The notes beneath the pieces were generated by a model that saw nothing but the letters and a program-made list of their open reading frames with translations, had not been told where the DNA came from and did no database searches. DNA of 38,685 bases from positions 1 through 38,685 of the forward strand of contig NW_021834936.1 in NCBI RefSeq assembly GCF_006345805.1. The letters run 5' to 3'. Both the position numbers and the translations under genes were made by a program. Positions 21,640 through 34,969 of this stretch are shown in pieces (the stretch's first letter is position 1; every line of letters begins with the position of its first letter). This DNA is from Octopus sinensis (taxonomy: Eukaryota).

Positions 21640-22270
21640 GGGTGAGGTGAATAAATTGTCATCAAAATTACGCAAAAATGAAAGTAACACTGACATCTCA
21701 TTTTAATCGATATATTTACCAAAATTATATACAAATATCTTGGAATACTAAAAAGTAAATCTATTCAATAACATCGCCATTGGCTTCAACCATGGCCTCC
21801 AGAAGACTTCAGAATATCCTAGAACTCTTCTGGATAGTTTCTCCTGCTTAAATTGATGAATGCTGCCATAATCCTTGCCTTCATTTCATCGTTGGTGTTA
21901 GAAGGAGTTTTGTTGGTCTCTCGCTCAACTGTGCCCCACACATAATAATCAAGGGAGTTGCAGTCTGGGGAGTTAGGTAGCCAGATGTTAGGGGTGTAGT
22001 CGCAGAAATTGTCTAACAGCCATAACTGGGTTCTCCTGCATGTGTGGCATGGTGCAGAGTCCTGTTGCCAGACATAGGATCTTCCAGAAGCCACCCCCTT
22101 GACCCAGAGCAGCACTACCTCCTCCAGGCACTTGATGTGGGCCTCTGTGTTGAGTCTGAGGCCATGTGGGAAGATGAATGGAGGCATAAGGTCGTCATTC
22201 TTAGTGATCACTCCAAGCACCATGATGTTGGCTGGATGCTTGATTTTTATCACTCTTGGTACATGTCCTC
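21640..22270 (-). mobile_element. maT (DD37D-like) Tc1/mariner transposase relic, catalytic half plus 3' end
   Basis: KHPANIMVLGVIT...WQQDSAPCH...WLPNSPDCNSLDYYVWG. There are 36 residues between the 2nd and 3rd Asp here, one short of DD37D. TIR-like GGGTGAGGTGAATAAATTGTC next to TA/(TG)n at 21638. Confidence 0.85.
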
Positions 22271-22640
22271 AGATTGACACCCAAATACTCTTCCATCTAT
22301 CTGGTAGATTTGCAGGGCCCCTCTTCCAAAATTCACTTGTCCATGATGAAAAATACTCTACAGATCTTACAGGACAAGGCTCGTCTTCTAGGCTGTTGTT
22401 TGTGGCTCGGAATTTCTGGAACCACCTTTGACACTGGCTTACATTTATTGTCTGATCCCCATAGACTGCATTAATATTCCTCACATTTTCCATTGTATTT
22501 TTGCCTTTATCAAATTCATAAAGCAAAATATGCTGAATATGCTCCTTTGTCACTTCCATTACAGTTTTGAAAAAAATGACAGTTAAAATTGAACTGAACT
22601 CTCCAAAAACTTGCACTAAGAATAAGTACAAGTTGATGTA
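22271..22640 (-). mobile_element. Internally deleted mariner derivative
   Basis: MEVTKEHIQHILLYEFDKGK...CQRWFQKFR..SLEDEP (N-terminal HTH) joined directly to SEFWKRGPANLPDRWKSI (extreme C-terminus). Confidence 0.8.
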
Positions 22641-22704
22641 GGTAGTTTATCCTGTTCCCCCTCCAACTTTTAGTTCATGCAATTGAAAACACATTATTTA
22701 TGGA

Positions 22705-22795
<91 letters not shown>

Positions 22796-22878
22796 ATCAA
22801 TAATACAGTGATTGTTTCTTATCAGGAACAAAATGTTTAATAGGACTGCTATAGAAGTGCTCAATTGAAAGAGACAAA

Positions 22879-23635
22879 TATATAAAACTATGGTTGCAGA
22901 ACAAACAAATGCAAGGCCATCCACATAGCATTTCATATCTCGAACATTTAATCATAGAATATACGTGTATAACATCACGGAAGATGAAACATAACTCATC
23001 AGTACAAGCATATAAGAAAGTGCGAGAAAAATGTGTGAATACAGTTCATCACGGTTTAAATTTAATTCTTTAGCGATTAAGAAATATATATTTTTTAAAA
23101 AAACATTACAACACCTAGAATAATAAATACGTAAAAATATAAAGTATAAAGTAATATATAAATATATAGGTATATAAAAATATATATACATAGGAAGCAT
23201 ATAAATAAGTAATATATAATATATAAGGTAAGATAAAAGTTCGTCATTTAGAAAATTTTTAAAAAATACTTTTCAGATAAGGGAAACCTATAGTTAAAAG
23301 CCAGTGTCCAAGCAAAAAAGAAGAAACCATATTTACATTCCCTTTGGCCATTTCAGGGGTACATTACTGTATTTAAAGCACTAGGGTGCATCACAATAAT
23401 AACTCCTTCGTCAGGGGAAAGAATAGAGAGACAGACATCATCACGTACCAGGGCGAGACCTCCTTAACCAGACTTAACACATTTTTCTCACACTTTCTTA
23501 TATGCTTGTACAGATGAGTTATGCTTCATCTTCCGTGATGTCATACATGTATCTTTTATGATTAAATGTTCAAGATATGAAATGTTACGTGGAAGACCTG
23601 GTATTTGTTTGTCCTACAACCACAGTTTGATATAT
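22879..23635. mobile_element. Long inverted-repeat (foldback/MITE-like) element, unclassified
   Basis: Arms 22879-23036 and 23477-23635 are ungapped reverse complements, about 18 mismatches in about 158 nt. Both outer ends are in TA runs. Confidence 0.8.
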
Positions 23636-23749
23636 ATATATATATATATACATACATATATATATATATAATTCAAATTTTGATTTAGAAGCAGCTCCAG
23701 AATGTAAACATTATTAATGTCATAGATTCAATGTTGTGTGTGTTGTGAA

Positions 23750-23960
23750 CCCTTTCGTTACTGTATTTATTTTGAGATGTTCTGTGTTTCTTTCAATTAA
23801 TTTTAAATATAACAAAGAATTTAGTAAAATAACTTAGTTATCATTCAGCTAGTGTTAGGAACATAAATTGTCTCTGGGGTTTGGGGGAAGATTTTAATTC
23901 AAAAATTATGAAAACAAGACATTTGTACTCAGAGCCAGAGCCGGGTTGGTAACGAAAGGG
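23750..23960. mobile_element. piggyBac-type MITE, second copy
   Basis: Perfect 12-bp TIR CCCTTTCGTTAC/GTAACGAAAGGG, flanks TGAA and TTAA, body homologous to 13850-14050. Confidence 0.88.
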
Positions 23961-24621
23961 TTAAACACTTTCAGGCTGTGGTATTTCATCCAGGAAAGGT
24001 TGCTTTAAAGACATAGAGGCTTAAGAAACACAGCATACCTCAAAACTAAGCAAAACAAATCAGCGGGGGGAAGGAGGGGGGGGAGCAAGAATGACAGATT
24101 TTTGTCATTTTGCTGCTATTTCAGGCTTATTGACACTGGAAACTCAATTGACCCTCAAAATGGAATTCGAATTGCTGGCATGAAGCGAAACAAAATTTTG
24201 CTCTCCTTGTGCAGTGCTTTTGCACATCAGTAGATAGATTTTATGTTATCAACAAAAACACCTCAGATCAACAATTCAAAGTCATCTCCATGTGGCTCAA
24301 GTATATGACACTGATGGGCTGAAATAACACAGAATACCGATATCCTCTGTCTGATACCCACAGGGCAACTCATTTCACCTGATTTCAAAGTATACAGTAA
24401 CTTTTTAAAACTCCACATTTTTAAAAGGACCTTTCCTGGACAAAATACTGCAACTTAAAAGCATTTAACAACACACATACATTAAGCATGCAACATTATG
24501 CTTCAACTGAGGAAGGTTTACATAATGGATTCATTTCTTGTTATATATTATGCAGACCTGAAGCAACATACGTACTGAATGATTTCAGAATATCACTATG
24601 TGGTCTGACTCCATTATTTCA

Positions 24622-24662
<41 letters not shown>

Positions 24663-24864
24663 TATATATATATATACACATATATACATACATATATATA
24701 CACATATATACATACACACACACACATATATATATATATAAACATTGAAATTCAGAGAGGAATCCTAGAGTGAATTCCTTAATAAATGTTCAAATATAAA
24801 CATTCATGCCTTGCTTTTATCAAGGTTGACAATTTGAAACCATTTTTACCTTTTCTTTTCATTT

Positions 24865-25243
24865 ATTCTTTTACTTGTTTCAGTTATTTCGACTGCAGCC
24901 ATGCTGGAGCACTGCCTTTTAGTTGAGCAAATCGACCCCAGGACTTATTCGTTGCATGCCTAGTATTTATTCTATTGATCTCTTTTGCCGAACCGCTAAG
25001 TTACGGAGGCATAAACACACCACCATCGGTTGTCAAGCGATGCTGGGACACACACATACAGAAACATATATACACATACATACATACATATACACACATA
25101 CATACATATATATATGGGCTTCTTTCAGTTTCTGTCTACCAAATCCACTCACAAGGCTTTGGTTGGCCTGAGCCTATAGAAGACACTTGCCCAAGGTGCC
25201 ACACAGTGGGACTGAAACCAGAACGCACAGCCACTCCTGCACC
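24865..25243 (-). mobile_element. SINE family B
   Basis: gactgcagccatgctggagcactg...agacacttgcccaaggtgccacacagtgggactgaaacc with internal (CA/TA)n. Confidence 0.82.
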
Positions 25244-26372
25244 TCTGCAATGCTTATTAAAGCCTGTAGTTTCACAATTTGTGTAACACCGTTTTATATC
25301 ACATTTGAATTATCATCATCATCATCTCACAATTATCTTTTTCTTCACATTTTCTCAACAACAAAATGGAAGAGATTTGCAAATTTGTTCTCCGAGAAAA
25401 ATGTTTTGATAAGTTAAACCCACAAAGATATTTAATGGTGAAAAATAACAGTTTAAAAACTAAACACTATTGAAGCTGCTAAACAGAAAATGGTTCCATT
25501 GTAAGAACTGAACAATAATAACCAGGCTTTCAAGAGGAAAGAAGACACCTGAAGAATTTTGATGAAAACCACTTTCCAAACTGCAAATTGAAAATCACAA
25601 AACTGAAAATGGTTTTCTTTTTTTTTTTTTGTTTTATCTTTTAGCCAAGTAAAAAGGCCCTATACCCATGATCCTTTACAGGGACTCTGAGCCTGTGGGA
25701 GGGAGCAAGACAACCTCCAACCAGAGATTTGGTCTGAATATTTGCAACAGAATACACTGTGCAGGACACATCCAGGCTGCCAGGTGGTGGTGGTGGTATA
25801 ATATCTGGAAGACAGACAAAATCTACCAGCCATGTAGGCCATAGTAGAATTTGAACCAAGAATGCAGCAAAACAAATACCACAAGGCATTTGGTCCAACA
25901 GTCTTACAGTTCCACCAATCTATTGCCTTTGATTTGAACATTATAATTGACCCTGAAAGGATCAAAGGTCAAATTGACTTCAACAGGATTCAAACTCAAA
26001 ATACAGCTGCAAGTCTGTTGCTCTAACAATTCTGCCAGTTTGCCGTTAAATAAAGGCAAGAATCGCTCTCGTAAAATTATTCAGTTTTGAACATCTGCCA
26101 TTCAACATAAAGCACCAAAACTTGCCTTCAAAATCTCCCATCATAATAAAAATAAGTGACTTTTTGAACCAAAGACATTTGTTCATCTGAAGGTTCCTTT
26201 GGTATTATAGAATATATAAACTGGTGAACTATTCTTAAATATTTGACTGTCAAAGAAAATGTCCTTCTTGTAGACATTGCTAAATTTAGCAAGAGAGAAA
26301 CTAGTGCATGCTTTATATTGGAATATGACATTTTCAAAACTGTTCCTCCATTATATTTTATCACCACAATAC

Positions 26373-26562
26373 AGTTGGTTGGGACATGTCAGAAGACTCC
26401 TGACTCACCAACCAAGTCTTTAAGTAGAATTCTCAGCAGCACCAGACATTCAACAGGTCAACCTATCATTGAACCATGCACTGACGGTGGCTGCTGACCA
26501 GTCATACTGGAGAACTTTGACTGCCTTGTGCACCACCTGACACAGGAGCACCTAAGTCTAAG
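26373..26562 (+). mobile_element. Decayed 3' end of an RTE-type LINE
   Basis: WLGHVRR and AADQSYWRTLTALCTT* motifs followed by a taagtctaag tail. Confidence 0.55.
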
Positions 26563-29074
26563 GGCAGATACAATTCAACTGTCAGAGTCAAATAGTTTAC
26601 AATTTATCCCCAGCATTATGTATTAATGAATAGACAAAGTGAAGCCCTTTGTAAATATTTATTTGAAGATTTGGTGGATTTTGAAGAAGAAAATGGACTG
26701 CAATTGAATCCCCATACCATAATCATAGATTTGGAATTGAGTGATTTCAAGAATTATATTTCAAGTTGTTACTAATAAAGTTTGTTTCTTTTTCCAACAG
26801 ATACATATAAATTGAGCAGACAATCCAGATAAATGGATTGGCCATGCAACAAGGTACATGCTTCTGTTAAACAAATGTTTTTCTATATTGGTATTTATTC
26901 TACCTGAAGAAATTACAGAGTTTTTAATGAATAAAAACCTGTTTTGTCTGCAGAAGCCAGAGAAGTTAGTGACTGGTTGAGCAATGATTATTCTGTTGCT
27001 TAGTAGAATAAAGATAACACTTGTAGAAAGTGGCAGTTTTTTGATCACTGGTATTGTCTCTGTCAGATTTTTGTGGTCTGTACGTGAATGCTTGCAGAAT
27101 GAATTCCCATATAACCAAAACAACTGAGAAGCATCATGGCACTGAAGAATGAAAAATTTAATAGGAAGTACTCATGTTGGCATTTATTGATTCAGGGAAG
27201 AACTTCAATAACAATAGCACCACACTGAAGAGAACTGTGATTGCATTCTATGATGAGAGTCCATGTTCTGAAAGCTGACTGGAATGAAAAGAAACAAAAA
27301 CCTGCCATATCTCATTATAAGTTGATAATCAAGATAAAGTCAGTTCTTACAGACTTTGCTCAATCTATTCTTTGTAAAACAATTATTTTTATAAACGTGT
27401 GTCACTATGTCCCTCAAATCCTCATTAAAACTGCAAATTGTTGTTTAAGAATTTTTTCTTTTTCTGAATTTAGTGGATCCTGGCATTTAGGAGTTGTGGT
27501 TTTCCGGAGCTCAACCTTCACGGATTCTGATCTTTCAGGATTTCAACATTCAGGATGATAGAATGCAGAGTTGCATTACTTTTCAAGAATTGTAAAACCA
27601 AACTTCCCCTATTTGGCAATGGCACTGCTGTAGTGGTGGTGGAATAAATGAAAATAAATACTGCTTTTAAGATCCAGATCAGCCCAGATTGGGTCGACCT
27701 CTGCAGATTACATTATCCAATACATGACAGGAGAGATTTGGTTGCTATTTCTACAGGGGGTTTCCTCAAGTGTTCAGTTGTTAGCTGATATATTAAGGGG
27801 GGTGTTTCGAACATCACTTAAAAGACTCTTACATAAATCTGCGCTGAAACTTTTGCTTCAAATTACAGGTAAATTCAGTGCAAAAAAAAAAACATTAACA
27901 TTTTGTTTAGAAGTTACAAAGTTAGATCTGATGAGAGAGAGAGAGAGAGACACACACACAAACACACACATTCCTATATTATTGTTTCTGTATATGTAAA
28001 CAAGCCAGAAACAGTGAAATGATTTGCAAAACATGAGATTTCCCTTTCTCACGCATAAAGACCTCATCATTTTACATCATTAAAAAAAACCTGGTTATTT
28101 CTATAAATGGATACAACATAAGAAGAGAAAATAATCTCTCGTTCACTGCCCTTTTTTTCCAACTGGGGCATCCATGTATCTTCTCTACAGCAAGATCCGT
28201 CCCTTCTATACCTGAAATTTCTTAAGTGACACAAAACCACACCTATGCAATTGACTCCCCCCGTCCCGGTTGGAGGGGTTTTATCTAGCAAAGTTGCTTG
28301 GCAAGCCTGTTGGTGCTGGTTCCACATTAAAAAAGCACCAAGTACACTCAGTAAAGTGGTTGGTGTTAGGAAAGGCATCGAGCTGTAGAAATCATGCCAA
28401 AACAGACACTGGAGCCTGGTGCAGCTCTCTGGCCATGCCAACCCCTGTCAAACCATCCAACCCAAGCCAGCATGGAAAACATGTTAAATGATGATGATGA
28501 TGATGACTAAATATAAGCCACATCAATATGATGAGGCTGGGAGGATGAAGAAATGTTGTAAGTTCAATTCATCTGTTGCCATGACAACAGGGACAGTAAC
28601 AAGTAGAGGAAACTGCAGCTGCAGAAACAATGGTAACTACAGCAGCCACAAAAAGAGAATAAAGGTAAACGACAACTGCTACAACAGAAATGGTAAAAAG
28701 CAGGAAATATGAAACACTGCTGCAACAAAAACGGTAGAAATCAGAAAACTGCTGCTGCTGCTGCTTCGATAGAAATGGTTTTAAAAAAATCAAACTAAAA
28801 TTTTAAAAAGTAACAAAAAAAATAAAGTTCTTGATGCAACAGAAATGCTAAGAATTCTATAGAAATGCTTCTGCAGAATAAATATAGAGTTTTTATAAGA
28901 AATTAAGAGAAACGGGCTTAGAAAAATAATAATAATTTAGGAGAAAAAAAACCCAGAAAACATTCTACCAGCTTGCTGCTTCAATAATAATAATAATAAT
29001 GATAATAATGATAATAATGATAATAATGATAATGATAATGATGATGATGATGATGGTGGTGGTGGTGATGATGA

Positions 29075-29292
29075 TCCTTTCTTTTATAGGCACAAAGCCT
29101 GAAATTTAGGGGGAGGGGACTAGTTCATTACATCAACCCCAGTGTTTCACCGGTATTTATTTTTATTGACTCTCAAAAAGGATGAAAAGTAAAATCAACC
29201 GTGGCAGAATTTGAACTCAGAATGTAAAGACAGATAAAATGCTGTTAAGCATTCTGTCTGCTGTGCCAATGCCTCTGCCAGCTCACTGCTTT
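29075..29292 (-). mobile_element. SINE family A
   Basis: Homologous to 5272-5487, flanked by (AAT/GAT)n. Confidence 0.82.
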
Positions 29293-29306
29293 AATAATAA
29301 TAATAA

Positions 29307-29492
29307 TGGTTTCAAGCTTTGGCACAAGGCCAGCAATTTCGGGGGAGGGGCTAAGACAATTACATCGACCCCAGAGCTCTACTGGCACTTATCTTATTGA
29401 CCCTGAAAGGGATGAAAAGCAAAGACAACCCCAGCAGAATTTGAACTCAGAACACAAAGAAAGGTGAAATGCTTCTAAGCCAGTTCATCACC

Positions 29493-29493
<1 letters not shown>
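29307..29493 (-). mobile_element. SINE family A, adjacent tandem copy
   Basis: Homologous to 1481-1576 and 5272-5487, separated from its neighbour by (AAT)5. Confidence 0.8.
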
Positions 29494-29536
<43 letters not shown>

Positions 29537-29568
29537 GATAATGATAATAATAATAATAATAATAATAA

Positions 29569-30121
29569 AATGCCCTGATGCAGTGGCAGTGGCTCTCATG
29601 GCTTCTGATCTTAACTGATTGGAAGTGTTATCCTGTACATTGTTTTGTCTTGGTATAAAAGATGGGCTACAGCAAATATTCTGCTCAATACCACAGATTT
29701 GCTTGTCAGTTCTTTGACCTTAACCAGTGGAGCATGTCCCTTAGTGGCTGACGATATGTGCATCTCTGACCACGAGCAGAAGTAGTGGGGGAGCATAATA
29801 GCCATGTGTTGAGAGGGATTCTTTGGGGTTTCAAAATTTCATCTCTGGAAACATGGGTGGTTCTTTCAACATCCTAAAACAACCCTTATTCAGGGACCGT
29901 TTGAGCGGGATGGGCTACTCAACCTGAAGAAAATTCTAACTGGGGCCCACCTGCAAGGTCATGTGCTGTTTATCTTGATATGAGATCACCATGTCGCGCA
30001 CATATGGTTGTGATGCATGTGCCTGGTGTACCCTTATCAGACGGGTGGTCATGATGGGTATATTGGGCTTCGTATATTTTACCCCAGTGTCACTTTGATG
30101 GCATGCACTGCTCTCTCATTC
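29569..30121. mobile_element. Unclassified insert of about 550 bp within an (AAT)n tract
   Basis: Complex, higher-GC block with sharp edges and long (AAT)n on both sides, no convincing ORF. Only one copy in the window, so repeat status is inferred. Confidence 0.55.
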
Positions 30122-31693
30122 AATAATAATGATAATAATAATAATAATAATAATAATGATAATAATAATAATAATGATAATAATAATAATAGTCAAGATG
30201 AAGAGTGTAATTCAATTGTAATAGATATTACAATCAAATTGCGCTCTTTGCTTTAACTGTTTACCTTTGTGAAGAGTTACGTCAATCCTTTTAAAATAAT
30301 AATAATAATCATAATAAAAGTTGCTGTGACAACCTTTCACAGTTCATCCATAACCGACCTCTTCCTCTATCAAGTTATATGCTGTGCAGCACAAGTCTCA
30401 ACCATTCAGCCTTGCCTCACCATTTCACAATGTCACCACCACCACCACCACACATATATAACATCAACATCACCACTATTAATACCACCACCACCACCAC
30501 CACTCACAGCTTCAGAAAAGTAATTATCTGATTTTACAATTGATAATAATCAACAAAAATCAATACTTTTCTAAATGATTAAACTCAGGATTTCACCATC
30601 TCTTAGTCTCCGTATTACGTATATGTGTGTGTGTGTGCGTTTTTATGTATACGTATACATAACATATATATGTAACACACACACACACACACACAATGAG
30701 CCCAAACACTCATTAAACTGAATCAAAGTCCCAAGGTACAAAATGCAGAGAAAACCTGTTTCTGGAAGAAAAAAAAATGCTACCTGATACCATAGTAACT
30801 TTCTTTTTTACTCACAGCTAATAAAATGGCTGCATATATACACATGCCTGCATGCACAAGCACACACACACACACACACACATTGTCAGATTGCTCTTGA
30901 GTATTATTGGTAACATGTAATCCAGTACAACCTGTTGCATGGTCAGGTCGTTGACCACTCAACTGGCAACCCCACCAGGCTTGCTTGGTGGGGTGGGTGA
31001 TTGTTGGACACTCTGCAGGACAAAAAATAAGACCCATCAAAGGGTGGTGGAACTAATGAGTAGTCAACAGCCATCTAAAAAAATGGGCAAATATGTATAT
31101 ATCGTTTTATATATTCTCATATATATATATATATATATTTGAGCTGGTGCCTTGTAAAAAGTACCCAATACACTTTGTAAAGTGGTTGACATTAGGAAGA
31201 GCATGCAACCAAAGAAACCATGCCAACTGGAGCCTGGTGCAGCTCTCCAGCCTCGCCAGCTCCTGTCGAACTGTCCAACCTATGTCAGCATGGAGAACAG
31301 ATGTTAAATGATGATGTTGATGATATACAGCAAGTGGTTGTGGTTGTCCTCCACAACCAGTATTGGTTTCTTTACATCCCTACAACTTAGCAGTTCAGCC
31401 AAAGAGGCGAATAGGATAAGTACTGGACTTGAAAATAAGTATTGGAATTGATTTGTTTCACTGAACCCTTCAAGACAGTGCTGCCCCAGCAGGGCCACAA
31501 TCCAATGACTAAAACAAGATAAAGATAAAAGATAACATGGAAAACAGGTGAAGGTTAGTGACTGTGAGAGCATCCATCATAAAAGTCCCACCACATAATC
31601 AAATCCCAGCCAAGCCAAGCAAGCATCCAGGCAAACAGTTCAAGAATTGTGGAAATGACGTGGCATTAAACTAGGAACAAAATCTAGAGTTTA

Positions 31694-34600
31694 CCAAACA
31701 GTAGCACCACTGCCAAGCATCAGCACCACTGCCAAGCATCAGCACCACTGCCAAACAGTAGCATCACTGCCAAGCATCAGCACCACTGCCAAGCATCAGC
31801 ACAACTGCCAAACAGTAGCACCGTTGCCAAGCATCAGCACCACTGCCAAGCATCAGCACCACTGCCAAGCATCAGCACCACTACCAAACAGTAGCACCAC
31901 TGCCAAGCATCAGCACCACTGCCAAGCATCAGCACCACTGCCAAGCATTAGCACCACTGCCAAACAGTAGCACCACTGCCAAGCATCAGCACCATTGCCA
32001 AGCATCAGCACCACTGCCAAGCATTAGCACCACTGCCAAACAGTAGCACCACTGCCAAGCATCAGCACCACTGCCAAGCATCAGCACCACTGCCAAGCAT
32101 TAGCACCACTGCCAAACAGTAGCACCACTGCCAAGCATCAGCACCACTGCCAAGCATCAGCACCACTACCAAACAGTAGCACCACTGCCAAGCATCAGCA
32201 CCATTGCCAAGCATCAGCACCACTGCCAAGCATCAGCACCACTGCCAAGCATCAGCACCACTGCCAAGCATCAGCACCACTGCCAAGCATCAGCACCACT
32301 GCCAAGCATCAGCACCATTGCCAAACAGTAGCACCACTGCCAAGCATCAGCACCACTGCCAAGCATCAGCACCACTGCCAAGCATCAGCACCACTGCCAA
32401 GCATCAGCACCATTGCCAAGCATCAGCACCACTGCCAAGCATCAGCACCACTGCCAAGCATCAGCACCACTGCCAAGCATCAGCACCATTGCCAAACAGT
32501 AGCACCACTGCCAAACAGTAGCACCACTGCCAAGCATCAGCACCACTGCCAAGCATCAGCACCACTGCCAAGCATCAGCACCACTGCCAAGCATCAGCAC
32601 CACTGCCAAGCATCAGCACCATTGCCAAACAGTAGCACCACTGCCAAGCATCAGGACCACTGCCAAGCATCAGCACCACTGCCAAGCATCAGCACCACTG
32701 CCAAGCATCAGCACCATTGCCAAGCATCAGCACCACTGCCAAGCATCAGCACCACTGCCAAGCATCAGCACCACTGCCAAGCATCAGCACCACTGCCAAG
32801 CATCAGCACCACTGCCAAACAGTAGCACCACTGCCAAGCATCAGCACCACTGCCAAGCATCAGCACCACTGCCAAGCATCAGCACCACTGCCAAGCATCA
32901 GCACCACTGCCAAGCATCAGCACCACTGCCAAACAGTAGCACCACTGCCAAGCATCAGCACAACTGCCAAACAGTAGCACCACTGCCAAGCATCAGCACC
33001 ACTGCCAAGCATCAGCACAACTGCCAAGCATCAGCACCACTGCCAAGCATCAGCACAACTGCCAAACAGTAGCACCACTGCCAACAGTAGCACCACTGCC
33101 AAGCATCAGCACCACTGCCAAGCATCAGCACCACTGCCAAACAGTAGCACCACTGCCAAGCATCAGCACCACTGCCAAGCATCAGCACCACTGCCAAGCA
33201 TCAGCACCACTGCCAAGCATCAGCACAACTGCCAAACAGTAGCACCACTGCCAAACAGTAGCACCACTGCCAAGCATCAGCACCACTGCCAAGCATCAGC
33301 ACCACTGCCAAACAGTAGCACCACTGCCAAGCATCAGCACCACTGCCAAGCATCAGCACCACTGCCAAACAGTAGCACCACTGCCAAGCATCAGCACCAC
33401 TGCCAAACAGTAGCACCACTGCCAAGCATCAGCACCACTGCCAAGCATCAGCACCACTGCCAAGCATCAGCACAACTGCCAAACAGTAGCACCACTGCCA
33501 AACAGTAGCACCACTGCCAAGCATCAGCACCACTGCCAAGCATCAGCACCACTGCCAAACAGTAGCACCACTGCCAAGCATCAGCACCACTGCCAAGCAT
33601 CAGCACCACTGCCAAACAGTAGCACCACTGCCAAGCATCAGCACCATTGCCAAACAGTAGCACCACTGCCAAGCATCAGCACCACTGCCAAGCATCAGCA
33701 CAACTGCCAAACAGTAGCACCACTGCCAAACAGTAGCACCACTGCCAAGCATCAGCACCACTGCCAAGCATCAGCACCACTGCCAAGCATCAGCACCACT
33801 GCCAAGCATCAGCACCACTGCCAAGCATCAGCACCACTGCCAAGCATCAGCACCACTGCCAAGCATCAGCACCACTGCCAAGCATCAGCACCACTGCCAA
33901 GCATCAGCACCACTGCCAAGCATCAGCACCACTGCCAAGCATCAGCACCACTGCCAAGCATCAGCACCACTGCCAAGCATCACACCACTGCCAAGCATCA
34001 GCACCACTGCCAAGCATCAGCACCACTGCCAAGCATCAGCACCACTGCCAAGCATCAGCACCACTGCCAAGCATCAGCACCACTGCCAAGCATCAGCACC
34101 ACTGCCAAGCATCAGCACCACTGCCAAACATCAGCACCACTGCCAAGCATCAGCACCACTGCCAAGCATCAGCACCACTGCCAAGCATCAGCACCACTGC
34201 CAAGCATCAGCACCACTGCCAAGCATCAGCACCACTGCCAAGCATCAGCACCACTGCCAAACAGTAGCACCACTGCCAAGCATCAGCACCACTGCCAAGC
34301 ATCAGCACCACTGCCAAGCATCAGCACCACTGCCAAGCATCAGCACCACTGCCAAGCATCAGCACCACTGCCAAGCATCAGCACCACTGCCAAGCATCAG
34401 CACCATTGCCAAACAGTAGCACCACTGCCAAGCATCAGCACCACTGCCAAGCATCAGCACCACTGCCAAACAGTAGCACCACTGCCAAGCATCAGCACCA
34501 CTGCCAAACAGTAGCACCACTGCCAAGCATCAGCACCACTGCCAAGCATCAGCACCACTGCCAAGCAGTAGCACCACTGCCAAGCATCAGCACCACTGCC

Positions 34601-34886
34601 AAGCATCAGCACAACTGCCAAACAGTAGCCCGTTGCCAACATCAGCATCCGCACCACTGCCAAGCATCAGCACCACTGCCAAGCATCAGCACCCACTGCC
34701 AAACTGCCCAGCATCACGCCACTGCAAACATCAGCCACTGCCGCAGCAGCAGCACCAAGCACCATCATCAACAGCACCACTGATGCAAGCAACTCAGCAC
34801 CACTGACAAGCACACTGCGCAAACATGCACCACTCACCACTGTTGCCAAGCATCACTGCAGATCACACTGCCAAGCATCAGCACCA
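31694..34886. repeat. 19-bp minisatellite GCCAAGCATCAGCACCACT / GCCAAACAGTAGCACCACT, about 168 units
   Basis: Direct reading. The ORF track repeats every 19 aa (3 units), confirming the period. Confidence 0.97.
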
Positions 34887-34969
34887 TCCTGTCCATTGTA
34901 TCCTGTATCATTCTCATTAAAAAAAACAAAAAACTAATGACCAATCAATTGTGCCTGATACAATCTATC

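Noticed and set aside
22981-23030. Hammerhead at CTGATGAG on the minus strand
   Set aside because: No correctly spaced stem II plus GAAA and no stem I partner found.
26761-27123. 120-aa minus-strand ORF
   Set aside because: No recognisable domain, TTG-type start and AT-rich composition consistent with chance.
27757-27868. Possible plus-strand exon (tttctacag|...ACAG|gtaaat) with an open frame
   Set aside because: Isolated, no recognisable homology and no partner exons.
31694-34886. CRISPR-like array or His/Gln-rich repeat protein
   Set aside because: Head-to-tail units with no unique spacers, eukaryotic context, and a 19-bp period that is not a multiple of 3 with frequent stops.
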